Shown here: one piece after another, positions 1 through 7,536 of the stretch | Layout: each line of letters starts with the position of its first letter | How positions within the stretch are numbered: the first letter of the stretch is position 1 | UHGV virus genome: UHGV-1602873 | Strand: one strand, 5' to 3' | Origin: a virus | DNA: 19,421 bases | The notes under the pieces: model-generated | Told to the model about the DNA's origin: nothing | Database searches by the model: none | What the model saw: the letters and a program-made list of their open reading frames with translations, nothing else | Position numbers and translations under genes: made by a program

Positions 1-15
1 TTTGTTGACTTCCAT
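1..15 (-). CDS. Start of a Nu1-like terminase small subunit gene (first 5 codons only; continues off the window)
   Basis: Reverse complement of 1-15 is ATGGAAGTCAACAAA (MEVNK), identical to the first codons of the Nu1 gene at 15379; upstream context (16-30) also matches the Nu1 ribosome-binding region of the second copy. Confidence 0.45.
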
Positions 16-240
16 TGTTCATTCCACGGACAAAAACAGAGAAAGGAAACGACAGAGGCCAAAATGCCCGTTTTCAGCGCCTGTCATTTCCTTTCTTTTC
101 AGGGGGTATTTTAAATAAAAACATAAAGTTACGGCGAAGAAGAACGGAAATGCCTTAAACCGGAAAATTTCCATAAATAGAGAAAAACTGCGCGCCTGAC
201 GCCCCGTAGCCTGTCAGATCGCCGGAAAGGACCCGCCAGC
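16..240. other. cos site of the island (cos2): cosB-like region, cosN-equivalent 12-mer at 193-204, cosQ-like flank 205-238
   Basis: Position-for-position alignable without gaps to 15380-15600 (the lambda-type cos); the 12-nt cohesive-end equivalent reads cgcctgacgccc versus aggtcgccgccc in cos1 (5 of 12 differ); flanking R-site-like blocks mostly conserved. Confidence 0.6.
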
Positions 241-260
241 CAGAGCGGGCCCTAATTTCA

Positions 261-644
261 TCAACCAATCAGCTTATAGCGACCATCCCGTGCATTGCGG
301 CGTACACGCTCAATCTTGAGGCATAGCGCCGCATCTGGCTTTTTTGGGACAGGTACGCGGCAATATTCAGAAGCGCGAGGAATATTATTTATCCAGTCGA
401 TCACTTCACTTAAATACCAGGCCTTACGCCCTTCCGTAACCTGCACACGCTCCGGGAACTCTCCACTAGCCTCAAGGTTTAGCAGTGTACGCCGACTCAG
501 GGTTGTAATTTCCATCACCTGATTCATATCAACAAGGCGCTCGCTTAAACACATTTTGTCAGCGATAGCTTTTAATTCCTCTACAGCTGGATTCGGGTAC
601 ATCATTTCGGCAATTGGCTTAAGGTCATTGTAATCATTCTGCAT
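261..644 (-). CDS. AlpA/Xis-family winged-helix DNA-binding protein (127 aa)
   Basis: Segment ITTLSRRTLLNLEASGEFPERVQVTEGRKAWYLSEVIDWI matches the AlpA/excisionase-like fold signature (GxFP, W..SEV..WI); strong SD (AAGGGGGA) 5 nt upstream; start follows the upstream stop codon within ~15 nt. Confidence 0.7.
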   Translation of the reverse strand: MQNDYNDLKPIAEMMYPNPAVEELKAIADKMCLSERLVDMNQVMEITTLSRRTLLNLEASGEFPERVQVTEGRKAWYLSEVIDWINNIPRASEYCRVPVPKKPDAALCLKIERVRRNARDGRYKLIG

Positions 645-655
645 TGTATCCCCCT

Positions 656-997
656 TTACACACGAGCCAGCGGCTGAACAGAAATACCTGAGCCAACAAA
701 TGCTGCAATCTTTACTGACAGTTCTTTTACAGACTCAGGCCAGTTCAGAGCATCAACATTTAAGACACCTGTCTTATAGACCTGAGCCTGTGTTTTTTTC
801 GCGGTGTCGATTTGTACAGCGGAAACATAAACCGCTTTACCTACGCTCGAACCATCCCATACCACCAGTGCACCTGTTGCATCTTCCTGCATCAGTGGCG
901 TAAATGCAGGAATTACCCCTTTATTAGCTGAAAATATCCCCAGCGTAGTCACCAGTGCTTCAGTGCCAGCCATGAGTTCAGTGTAATGAGTAGCCAT
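656..997 (-). CDS. Head decoration protein, lambda gpD family (113 aa)
   Basis: C-terminal half aligns with lambda D (LVVWDGSSVGKAV..YKTG..WPES..AAFVGSGISV versus [31 protein letters not shown]); divergent from the gpD at 9491-9823. Confidence 0.8.
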   Translation of the reverse strand: MATHYTELMAGTEALVTTLGIFSANKGVIPAFTPLMQEDATGALVVWDGSSVGKAVYVSAVQIDTAKKTQAQVYKTGVLNVDALNWPESVKELSVKIAAFVGSGISVQPLARV

Positions 998-1006
998 TGC
1001 TCCCCC

Positions 1007-2047
1007 TTAGCCAATGCGAACGGTAACAAAACGATTGATGCGGGCCGGTATTGGCTGTGGTGCTGAATGTGTCTGCACATATTCAATAGCCGGATCACCA
1101 GGCACAATATAGTTTTTCGGTGCAAGTTCGGCTTTAGTCAGCCCCATTCGGATTAGCTCCGGATCCTGAATACCGCCATAGGCGACAATCCCCTGAAGAG
1201 CCGTATTGCCAAGCACCATCAAATCAGGATCAAGGAAATGTTTTTCTGTTCCGTCCTCGTCGGTATAACGCCCGCTGTAAACAACAATCGCAACATCGCC
1301 CATATACCCTTTAAAACTCACCGAATCACCAAGGTCTTTAAGGGCCGTTTCCAGTTCGGAATTAGAACCACGACGGGTATCCAAAGCCTCTTTTATCGCT
1401 CTGAATGAACGGTATTTCTTCCATACATTACCACCCATAATGATGATATTAGTGACGCCCTCACTAAATTCTGCGTAGCTCTCAATATCATCATTTGGAT
1501 CAAAAGTTTCTTTATCCTTACCTGACCACTCAGTACCGCCAGACTGAGTGATGATATTTTGTGGTTTTATATTCCAGTCCAGCTCATAACGTTCAATACC
1601 ATCGCCCTCAATGATATTTTTCCCCGTTGTGATTGCCTGAACAGCAAGCCATTCAATACGTGCACGAATAGCTTTAGCCTGATTTACAATCGCCTGTTTA
1701 ACTTTAATATTACGCGCCCCAAAAGCATTGTATTGCTCAGGTGACACACCAGCAGGGCGCACAGCTAACTTATTTGGATCAATGCTGCTTTTCGGCTTCA
1801 TATAGCCTGGACGAATTGTTTTTGATTCGTACCCTTCGTCACGTGAAACTTTACTACCCACCATAGGAGAACAAAACGCTGCAATTGGGATATTTGGATC
1901 GTCGATTGTATCAAGAATAATATCGCGCGATTCAAACATTACCGAGCGAGTAAAAAACAAACTGGTAAACAACGCATTTAGTTGTTTTTGTACATCTACA
2001 GCATTAACTACCTGTACAAGCTGAGTAGGCGAATATAAATCAACCAT
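1007..2047 (-). CDS. Major capsid protein, lambda gpE family (346 aa from MVDLY start)
   Basis: Full-length homology to lambda E, strongest centrally (ITQSGGTEWS, DTRRGSNSELETA, GDVAIVVYSG, VLGNT); AAGAGGA SD upstream of ATG at 2047; the 71-codon N-terminal extension of the raw ORF is not used. Confidence 0.9.
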   Translation of the reverse strand: MVDLYSPTQLVQVVNAVDVQKQLNALFTSLFFTRSVMFESRDIILDTIDDPNIPIAAFCSPMVGSKVSRDEGYESKTIRPGYMKPKSSIDPNKLAVRPAGVSPEQYNAFGARNIKVKQAIVNQAKAIRARIEWLAVQAITTGKNIIEGDGIERYELDWNIKPQNIITQSGGTEWSGKDKETFDPNDDIESYAEFSEGVTNIIIMGGNVWKKYRSFRAIKEALDTRRGSNSELETALKDLGDSVSFKGYMGDVAIVVYSGRYTDEDGTEKHFLDPDLMVLGNTALQGIVAYGGIQDPELIRMGLTKAELAPKNYIVPGDPAIEYVQTHSAPQPIPARINRFVTVRIG

Positions 2048-2221
2048 ACGCATCCTCTTTGCATTCATTAAAAATAATTGTGGATATATGCTATCACCGA
2101 TATTTGTCATGCGAACACATGCAACCGAGTGCAATGTTGTATAAAGTTTTGGGGTGACAACTTCAGTGCGGACAATTAGTGTTAATATCTTCACTCCCTT
2201 TGGTCGGGATTTATGTAGCAT

Positions 2222-2252
2222 GCCGGAAAATTTATTTTTTCCGGCTTTTTTT
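2222..2252 (+). terminator. Intrinsic terminator oriented on the plus strand
   Basis: Perfect stem gccggaaaa/ttttccggc (2222-2245) with 6-nt loop, followed by ttttttt (2246-2252). The U-tract follows the hairpin only in the plus direction, antisense to the flanking genes. Confidence 0.6.
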
Positions 2253-2263
2253 ATTGGCAATAT

Positions 2264-2713
2264 TTAAAACGGGATATCATCTCCCCATTGCTCATTATCT
2301 CCCTCTGGTGGCTGGCTTCCTTGCTGATCTGCCTGTTGTTTTGCTCTGTTCAGTGCGTCAGTAGCCTGCCCCTGTTGGCCTTTTTTGCCGCCCGGTCGCA
2401 CCGATCGCGCACTGATTACGCTGTCTGCGATAACCTGCCAGCCCTGCCGCGTTTCGCCGTTCTGTCCAGTCCACTGGCTCATCTGCATGTTACCCGCCAC
2501 GCTCAGGAGTTCGCCTTTGTGATGCTTTGCCAGCGCGTCGGCTTGTCTGCCAAACGCCAGGACAGATAACCACAACGTCGCCAGACCGTCATCCGACTGA
2601 CTGCAGGGCAGTGATACCGCCATACGCGCCAGCGTCATGGGGGTGCCCTTGCTGGTCTGTTTTGTCTGCGGGTCGTCCACCAACCGCCCGTAAACTGATA
2701 TTTGCGCCGTCAT
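2264..2713 (-). CDS. ssb: Single-stranded DNA-binding protein (SSB)
   Basis: OB-fold-like N-terminus (ISVYGRLVDDPQ..., LSVLAFGRQADALAKHHKGELLSVAGNMQMSQWTGQNGETR), Gly/Gln-rich linker and C-terminal acidic tip ending DDIPF, as in E. coli SSB. Confidence 0.8.
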   Translation of the reverse strand: MTAQISVYGRLVDDPQTKQTSKGTPMTLARMAVSLPCSQSDDGLATLWLSVLAFGRQADALAKHHKGELLSVAGNMQMSQWTGQNGETRQGWQVIADSVISARSVRPGGKKGQQGQATDALNRAKQQADQQGSQPPEGDNEQWGDDIPF

Positions 2714-2967
2714 GCTGCCTGCTCTCCGGACTTAATATTGATTGTTGTCACTTCCTCCGCTTCAGCAATCTCCCGTTCGGTCAGCGTGGCAAAGTTTGCA
2801 GCCGCCGTTGTCATGAATGCGCTTATCAGTTCGGGATGTGCTTTCGCGTATCCTTCCCCGGCGTTGCGGTCTATTGCCTTAATCGCCACCCTTAGCCAGT
2901 GTTCAGCCATATCAAGGGCGCGGTAATGTGGCTTTATATGTTTGTTCAGTTTTCCTGATGTGTGCAT
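2710..2967 (-). CDS. Hypothetical small protein (85 aa; possible internal start giving ~66 aa)
   Basis: ORF overlapping the ssb start by 4 nt (coupled); no recognisable motif. Confidence 0.45.
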   Translation of the reverse strand: MHTSGKLNKHIKPHYRALDMAEHWLRVAIKAIDRNAGEGYAKAHPELISAFMTTAAANFATLTEREIAEAEEVTTINIKSGEQAA

Positions 2968-3012
2968 TTTTATTTTTACCCCCTCGTTTAAAAAGTTTTT
3001 TGTGCACCACCA

Positions 3013-3245
3013 CCTTGTCTACCTTGTCTACCTGATTAGTTATCAGGCCAGTAATGGCGCGGGTTTCAGGGAGGTAGACAGCCCCAAATAGCTGTCTACC
3101 TCATCTCTACCCGTCTCCTTACCTGTCTACAAAAATGGGTAGATAAGGTAGATAACAGGTAGACAGTGAAAAATAGTTATCTACCTGCATTAATACATTG
3201 AAATAAAAGTATTTTCTTTCAGTCAGGTAGACAAGGTAGATAACC
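3013..3245. repeat. Iteron array, putative replication origin
   Basis: At least 10 copies of GGTAGA(C/T)A(A/G) in both orientations: tandem ttgtctacc x2 (3015-3032); 12-bp perfect inverted repeat gaggtagacagc/gctgtctacctc (3071-3082, 3091-3102); ggtagataa x2 (3138-3155); caggtagacag (3157-3167); caggtagacaaggtagataacc (3224-3245); AT-rich stretch 3189-3222. Lies immediately 3' of the primase-helicase gene. Confidence 0.65.
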
Positions 3246-3256
3246 ATTGCCATTTT

Positions 3257-5008
3257 TTATAAAAACGCATCGCAATCATCAGTAGTCGTTGCGTTGGTCT
3301 GCGTGACTCCCTTAACTTTTCGCGTAATATATTCATATCCGTAAACTTTCGCCGCTGACCTCATAGCCTTTCCGAACTCATTCACGCTCAAACATTTCCC
3401 CTTTCCTGTGTATGCCATGAAGGCCATATAGACACGGTAAAGGCTGTTTCTGGTCGTGTACTTCACGGTGTCACCACCACCGCCCATCATTAGCCCACGA
3501 GCTTCCTCCAGAAACTCCAGCGCCGCGCAAAGCTCAACAACCGGATCCGTTTGCTGCTTTATTGCCAGAGCTTCATCACCGTCACGCTGTTCCAGTAATA
3601 AAGCCCGTGCCTTTTCAGGGTCAGCAAAATTAGCCAGCAAGCGGCGGATAATTACGGGGATTTCTGCCGCTATCTTTTCCGGTAATTCCTTGTCTTTTTC
3701 GTCCTCCCTTACAATGTTGTCGAACCGGAAAATCACCCGACGGCGTGACACACCTCCGGCCCGTTCGGTAAAGATCATCGGGTCGTTATTGGTTGCCAGT
3801 ACCACCGCTCTTATTATCGTCGTGAATCGCTTCTCATATTTCGGGTTAATTTCAACGGGATCGCCTCCCGTGATTTTCTTGATGCCCGTGCCTTCCCCCG
3901 TATATTTCGGCTGATCGGCAAGGACGATAAGACGACTCCCGACAACCTGCGCGCGCCCTCCTGCATCATCGAGTGATGTCATCTCCGCGCTTACGGTGTT
4001 CTGTTTGCCAGCAAGCAGGGTGGCAATATGGGTAAATGTACTCTTACCGCTTCCCCCGTCTCCGGTGGCCTCAATGAACATCTGCCAGTCGTAGCGGTTC
4101 GCCATAATCATGTATAACGCGGCACATATACGCATCATCTTGCGCGGGTCTTTTCTTGCAGCATGTTCAAGCCATTTATGGAAATTTGGCGCATTATCGC
4201 GGATGTTTTCCCCTGCTACTGGTGGCGTGTACTCAATGCCATTGTGCGTGGTGCTCCAGTGCTCCGGCGAGTGCGGAGAAAATTCCCCCGTTTTCAGGTT
4301 AAGCACACCATTAGTGAACGGTAGCAAATCACCGGACGGCTCCCCCATGGGGTCGGCAATAACTTTTAACGCTTCCACGGCGTTATTGATTACACGTTTG
4401 CTGAACGTGGCCCTGTGCTCTGAATAGATCGCCACCATTTCGCGGCTCAGCTCCATTGTGCTGACCGGACACCATACCCCGCCGCGCCATACGTGGACGA
4501 TTTCACTTTCTGCATGAACACACACACCATCAAAGCGATCGGCAAGTAGTTGTGCACGTTCACTGTCTGCCATCTGTGAAAGTTGCGCCTTTTGCTTCGT
4601 CGGAAGATTAAGCACCAGACTTTCCCCACGCTCGCATTCCTCTTTGAGTCGCGGCAACTGCTCGGATAAATCCACTGGGCTGGTGTCAGTAATCCCCGCG
4701 TATTCGTGTACGGTCTTCACTCCAGCCACAGCCAGTAACGTAACAATCTGCGTCATGCTGTGCTCTGTGATATGTCCTGCGCGGTAAACACGCACACACT
4801 GACGATCTTCATCAATGATCCGGTAATCGGTGATATTTTTCAGTTGCTCATCAGCCAGCACGACAGGCGGCACATCGTCAGCGGCAATATGTTTACCCGC
4901 CCATTCCCGCCACTCTTTCGCATGGCTCCACGCATCACTACCTGCAAAGATGATTACCTCTGTCAGTCTGTCGCGTGGCTGTTTTTTTAAGTTCGGTGCC
5001 AGTTTCAT
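3257..5008 (-). CDS. Replication initiation primase/helicase (phage/plasmid primase, D5/P4-alpha NTPase family), 583 aa
   Basis: Walker A GDGGSGKST, downstream hydrophobic-D motif (LIVLAD); size and position after int-alpA as in P4-like and PICI elements; SD AGGGG upstream of ATG at 5008. Confidence 0.85.
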   Translation of the reverse strand: MKLAPNLKKQPRDRLTEVIIFAGSDAWSHAKEWREWAGKHIAADDVPPVVLADEQLKNITDYRIIDEDRQCVRVYRAGHITEHSMTQIVTLLAVAGVKTVHEYAGITDTSPVDLSEQLPRLKEECERGESLVLNLPTKQKAQLSQMADSERAQLLADRFDGVCVHAESEIVHVWRGGVWCPVSTMELSREMVAIYSEHRATFSKRVINNAVEALKVIADPMGEPSGDLLPFTNGVLNLKTGEFSPHSPEHWSTTHNGIEYTPPVAGENIRDNAPNFHKWLEHAARKDPRKMMRICAALYMIMANRYDWQMFIEATGDGGSGKSTFTHIATLLAGKQNTVSAEMTSLDDAGGRAQVVGSRLIVLADQPKYTGEGTGIKKITGGDPVEINPKYEKRFTTIIRAVVLATNNDPMIFTERAGGVSRRRVIFRFDNIVREDEKDKELPEKIAAEIPVIIRRLLANFADPEKARALLLEQRDGDEALAIKQQTDPVVELCAALEFLEEARGLMMGGGGDTVKYTTRNSLYRVYMAFMAYTGKGKCLSVNEFGKAMRSAAKVYGYEYITRKVKGVTQTNATTTDDCDAFL

Positions 5009-5304
5009 TTTTTGCCCCTGAATGCGTTAATCATGCTTTTCATTTTCTGGATGTTTCCCCGCGCTTTTTCCCTGCTGATGGGCTTACTGCGGGGTGCGGC
5101 ATATACCAGGGAAAAATCACGCCGGAACTGATAAACAGGCATCACGCAGTCATAGCTATACCCCTCACGGCGGTAAGTGATGCGCCGTTCTGCCACGCCT
5201 TTAATCGTTACCGTGCCGCCGTATTTATCGCGGTAAATATCGCCGTTCATAAATTCAGGCCGAGCGGGGCCGCTGGCAATAAAGCCAGAATTTTTCATTT
5301 CCAT
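5005..5304 (-). CDS. Hypothetical protein (99 aa), translationally coupled to the primase
   Basis: GAGGAA SD; stop overlaps the primase ATG (ATGA overlap). Confidence 0.55.
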   Translation of the reverse strand: MEMKNSGFIASGPARPEFMNGDIYRDKYGGTVTIKGVAERRITYRREGYSYDCVMPVYQFRRDFSLVYAAPRSKPISREKARGNIQKMKSMINAFRGKK

Positions 5305-5321
5305 ATTATTTATTCCTCGAC

Positions 5322-5543
5322 TTAACTCGACTTATTTGATAGCAGGGCACTATTTATTGCGTCATTGAGTTTTTCTGCTGATTCATCAATAAGTGACAAC
5401 AGGCCATAAGCAATATTTGCATCTTCATTGTCATTTATGCAATCAAGCCACATATTTAATATTGCTTTTGCTGAATTATTTAAAGTTAATGAACTTTCTG
5501 CACATGCTAACAATTTAAAAAAGACTTCCCGTTCTGTATTCAT
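5322..5543 (-). CDS. Hypothetical small protein (73 aa)
   Basis: AT-rich ORF; start abuts the stop of the upstream gene. Confidence 0.45.
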   Translation of the reverse strand: MNTEREVFFKLLACAESSLTLNNSAKAILNMWLDCINDNEDANIAYGLLSLIDESAEKLNDAINSALLSNKSS

Positions 5544-5735
5544 TTAATCCCCCACCAGCTTACTTTCTTCCTCAATGAGGAAACTAGCGACACTTCCCGA
5601 AAGGCGCGCCAGTAGGCTCGCCAGCGCGGATATATCAGCATCTGTAATTTTGTTCGGATATACCTCAAGAAGGCGGCAAATAATTTCTGTCTGGTGCGCA
5701 CGTTCAGCGGCTTCGTGTAATGTGATTTCCTGCAT
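5544..5735 (-). CDS. Hypothetical small protein (63 aa)
   Basis: Start codon overlaps the stop of the upstream ORF by 1 nt. Confidence 0.45.
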   Translation of the reverse strand: MQEITLHEAAERAHQTEIICRLLEVYPNKITDADISALASLLARLSGSVASFLIEEESKLVGD

Positions 5736-5920
5736 TAATGCACCTCTTTTAATTCATACACTGCTGAAATAATGACTTGTGATAAGCCATATTCTGATGA
5801 TTCGCTTCTCACCGCAGCAATAGCCGTCTGAACATTAACAGCCTTCACATTCTGAGCGATACCAATTGTGTGGCCTATTGGGTTAACAGCTCGGGCAAAT
5901 ACACGGAAGGTTTTAAGCAT
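5735..5920 (-). CDS. Hypothetical small protein (61 aa), first gene of the operon leading to the primase
   Basis: GGGAG SD 6 nt upstream of ATG; competes with a plus-strand ORF starting at 5919, so the call is tentative. Confidence 0.4.
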   Translation of the reverse strand: MLKTFRVFARAVNPIGHTIGIAQNVKAVNVQTAIAAVRSESSEYGLSQVIISAVYELKEVH

Positions 5921-6201
5921 GACTCACTCCCTGGCGGATTTTTGCAGCGAATACAGCAACACAACCGGACGGGCAACGGCTACGCGCTTCGCGTTCCGTC
6001 CAGGCGGTTACGTGGATGATTTGAGATTCTCCGGCACTCAGTGCCAGAAAACGCCACACAAAGGCCGTTTGTGTGTGTACAAGGTGTGGTATATGATTTA
6101 CAGCAACCATAACGGCTCCTAGTTTACGTTGTTGGTTAGACGCCCCGTATGTGTTCCCAGCACTGCGGGGCGTTGCTCTTTGTATTTCAACAATCCTTTC
6201 G

Positions 6202-6279
6202 GTGTGTTTCATGTTATGAGCGCATGAAACACACGTCAAGGCTTTTTGTATTTCTTTTTTTGTGTATACTGAAACACAC
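6202..6279. promoter_or_regulatory. Operator-like repeats overlapping a leftward sigma70-like promoter in a divergent control region
   Basis: 12-bp perfect inverted repeat gtgtgtttcatg/catgaaacacac (6202-6213, 6223-6234) plus a third copy gaaacacac (6271-6279). On the minus strand, TTGACG (6234-6239), 17-bp spacer, TAACAT (6211-6216) form a promoter whose -10 and spacer sit inside the repeats. Confidence 0.5.
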
Positions 6280-6300
6280 CGATGATTAGGAGTTTCAGAA

Positions 6301-6606
6301 ATGGCAACGGCTAACAAAAACGCAAAATCACAACTGACAACTGTCAGAGTCCCACTAGATGTTATGCAAGGGATGGAATCCGTTAAGCTGGACGGTGAAA
6401 GCAATGCCGGATTTATCGTAACCGCCATGCGCGGTGAAATCGCCCGCCGCCAGGCAGAAGGAAGCGGAGAAAATCCCCTCGTGTCTTCACTGGATGCCTT
6501 AGCTAAGGTCGAACAAATCGGTATCAAGGCAGCGGAGGAAATCGGGCAACTCGTAGCCGTCGCTCGTGAAGAACTCCAGCGGCGTAAAGCCAAAGAATCT
6601 GAATAA
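6301..6606 (+). CDS. Hypothetical protein, candidate regulator (101 aa)
   Basis: AGGAG SD 8 nt upstream; charged helical C-terminus; transcribed divergently from the small-gene/primase operon, next to the operator repeats. Function not recognised. Confidence 0.6.
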   Translation: MATANKNAKSQLTTVRVPLDVMQGMESVKLDGESNAGFIVTAMRGEIARRQAEGSGENPLVSSLDALAKVEQIGIKAAEEIGQLVAVAREELQRRKAKESE

Positions 6607-6956
6607 TTAGTATCAGCGCCGTGATGTGAGTAACTACGGCGCATTGCTATGTAAATACTGGCAATAAACAGAAAAGGTAGTTCTACTCCGAATAATTTTA
6701 TCTGACACTACTCCTGAACTAACATGCGCTTATCTTACAGGATATAAATATAAATCCATAAAATCACGATTAAATAAAGTCGCTCCAAACATAAACCACA
6801 CCCAACGCTTAACAAGATAGCAACAAACAGGTAAATAACTTGCAGAAATATTTATCGCAAGGATTATCATTATTAATGACAAATCACTTTACCAAGTCAT
6901 TCCCCTCTCTTATCATAAAGAGAAAGTAATAAATAAGTTAAGGGAGTTAGAATGCT

Positions 6957-7493
6957 ATGAATCTAAAAAAAATAGCCACAAACACAAAAAACAAGATAAC
7001 AGAAACATTTAATAAACTTATATTAGAGGCATCTAAAACCCCCACACAAGATGAAATTAAAATACTTGAGAGAAGGAGTAAGAAGTTTAATTACTCCTTT
7101 TTCTCATACGCAGTCACAGGAGCTATAATAGTTTTTTGCTCTCAACCATTAATTAAATACGCAAACCCAATACTTATTTTATTGAGTGGTCTGTTACTGT
7201 CTATCATCATTATCATTCTCAGAATGATTTATATTTCACAAGCGAATGCATCATGGACAACCAAAAAACGCTCACATGTACTAGTTCATTTTCTTTCTGC
7301 ATGTTTCATAGCATCAACATTGACGTTGCTATATCAGGCTTACGATAATAACATCACACACAAATTGTACTGTAAAAATATACAACAACTTATTGAAAAA
7401 AGGATAGAGACAGAAAAAAACATCAGCATATTCAGTGGGATGCAATGCACCCCGGTATATGATTACTCTTTATTTGGATTTAATCTCTTATAA
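6957..7493 (+). CDS. Small membrane protein (178 aa, about three predicted transmembrane segments) in an AT-rich cargo segment
   Basis: Hydrophobic stretches FFSYAVTGAIIVFCSQPLI, ILILLSGLLLSIIIIILRMIYI, VLVHFLSACFIASTLTLLY; AGGGAG SD; Lys/Asn/Ile-rich codon usage unlike its neighbours. Confidence 0.6.
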   Translation: MNLKKIATNTKNKITETFNKLILEASKTPTQDEIKILERRSKKFNYSFFSYAVTGAIIVFCSQPLIKYANPILILLSGLLLSIIIIILRMIYISQANASWTTKKRSHVLVHFLSACFIASTLTLLYQAYDNNITHKLYCKNIQQLIEKRIETEKNISIFSGMQCTPVYDYSLFGFNLL

Positions 7494-7502
7494 AGAATGT
7501 TA

Positions 7503-7536
7503 TTACTGATTTGAGTACAAATTCTCAAATCAGTAA
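7503..7536. terminator. Hairpin between convergent genes (membrane protein and alpA), likely bidirectional terminator
   Basis: Perfect 13-bp inverted repeat ttactgatttgag/ctcaaatcagtaa with 8-nt loop, flanked by T/A-rich sequence on both sides. Confidence 0.55.

Noticed and set aside
1-240. Simple tandem duplication of the prophage cos/Nu1 region
   Set aside because: The two copies differ at the cohesive-end 12-mer and at several cosB positions, and their right-hand flanks are unrelated (AlpA-like/capsid genes versus lysis-region genes), so this is a second, distinct cos rather than a recent duplicate.
2048-2260. 71-codon N-terminal extension of the capsid ORF (raw ORF 1007-2260)
   Set aside because: Homology to gpE begins at MVDLY (2047), which has a good SD; the extension crosses the intergenic region and the plus-strand terminator.
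3013-3245. Possible CRISPR array
   Set aside because: Repeat units are only 8-12 bp, occur in both orientations with irregular spacing and no spacer-like unique segments; this fits iterons, not CRISPR.
3456-3914. 152-aa plus-strand ORF inside the primase-helicase gene
   Set aside because: Antisense to a gene with clear Walker A and family signature; Ser/Ala-rich low-complexity translation.
5919-6122. Plus-strand ORF (about 67 aa from an internal ATG) divergent from the small-gene operon
   Set aside because: Cannot be excluded: it has a weak SD and is followed by a hairpin at 6140-6174. It competes with the coupled minus-strand ORF 5735-5920 and has odd composition, so it was left unannotated.
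5913-6644. 243-aa minus-strand ORF spanning the divergent control region
   Set aside because: Ser/Ala/Pro/Arg-rich low-complexity translation, antisense to the well-supported plus-strand gene 6301-6606, and it crosses the promoter/operator region; most likely an artefact of GC-rich antisense sequence.
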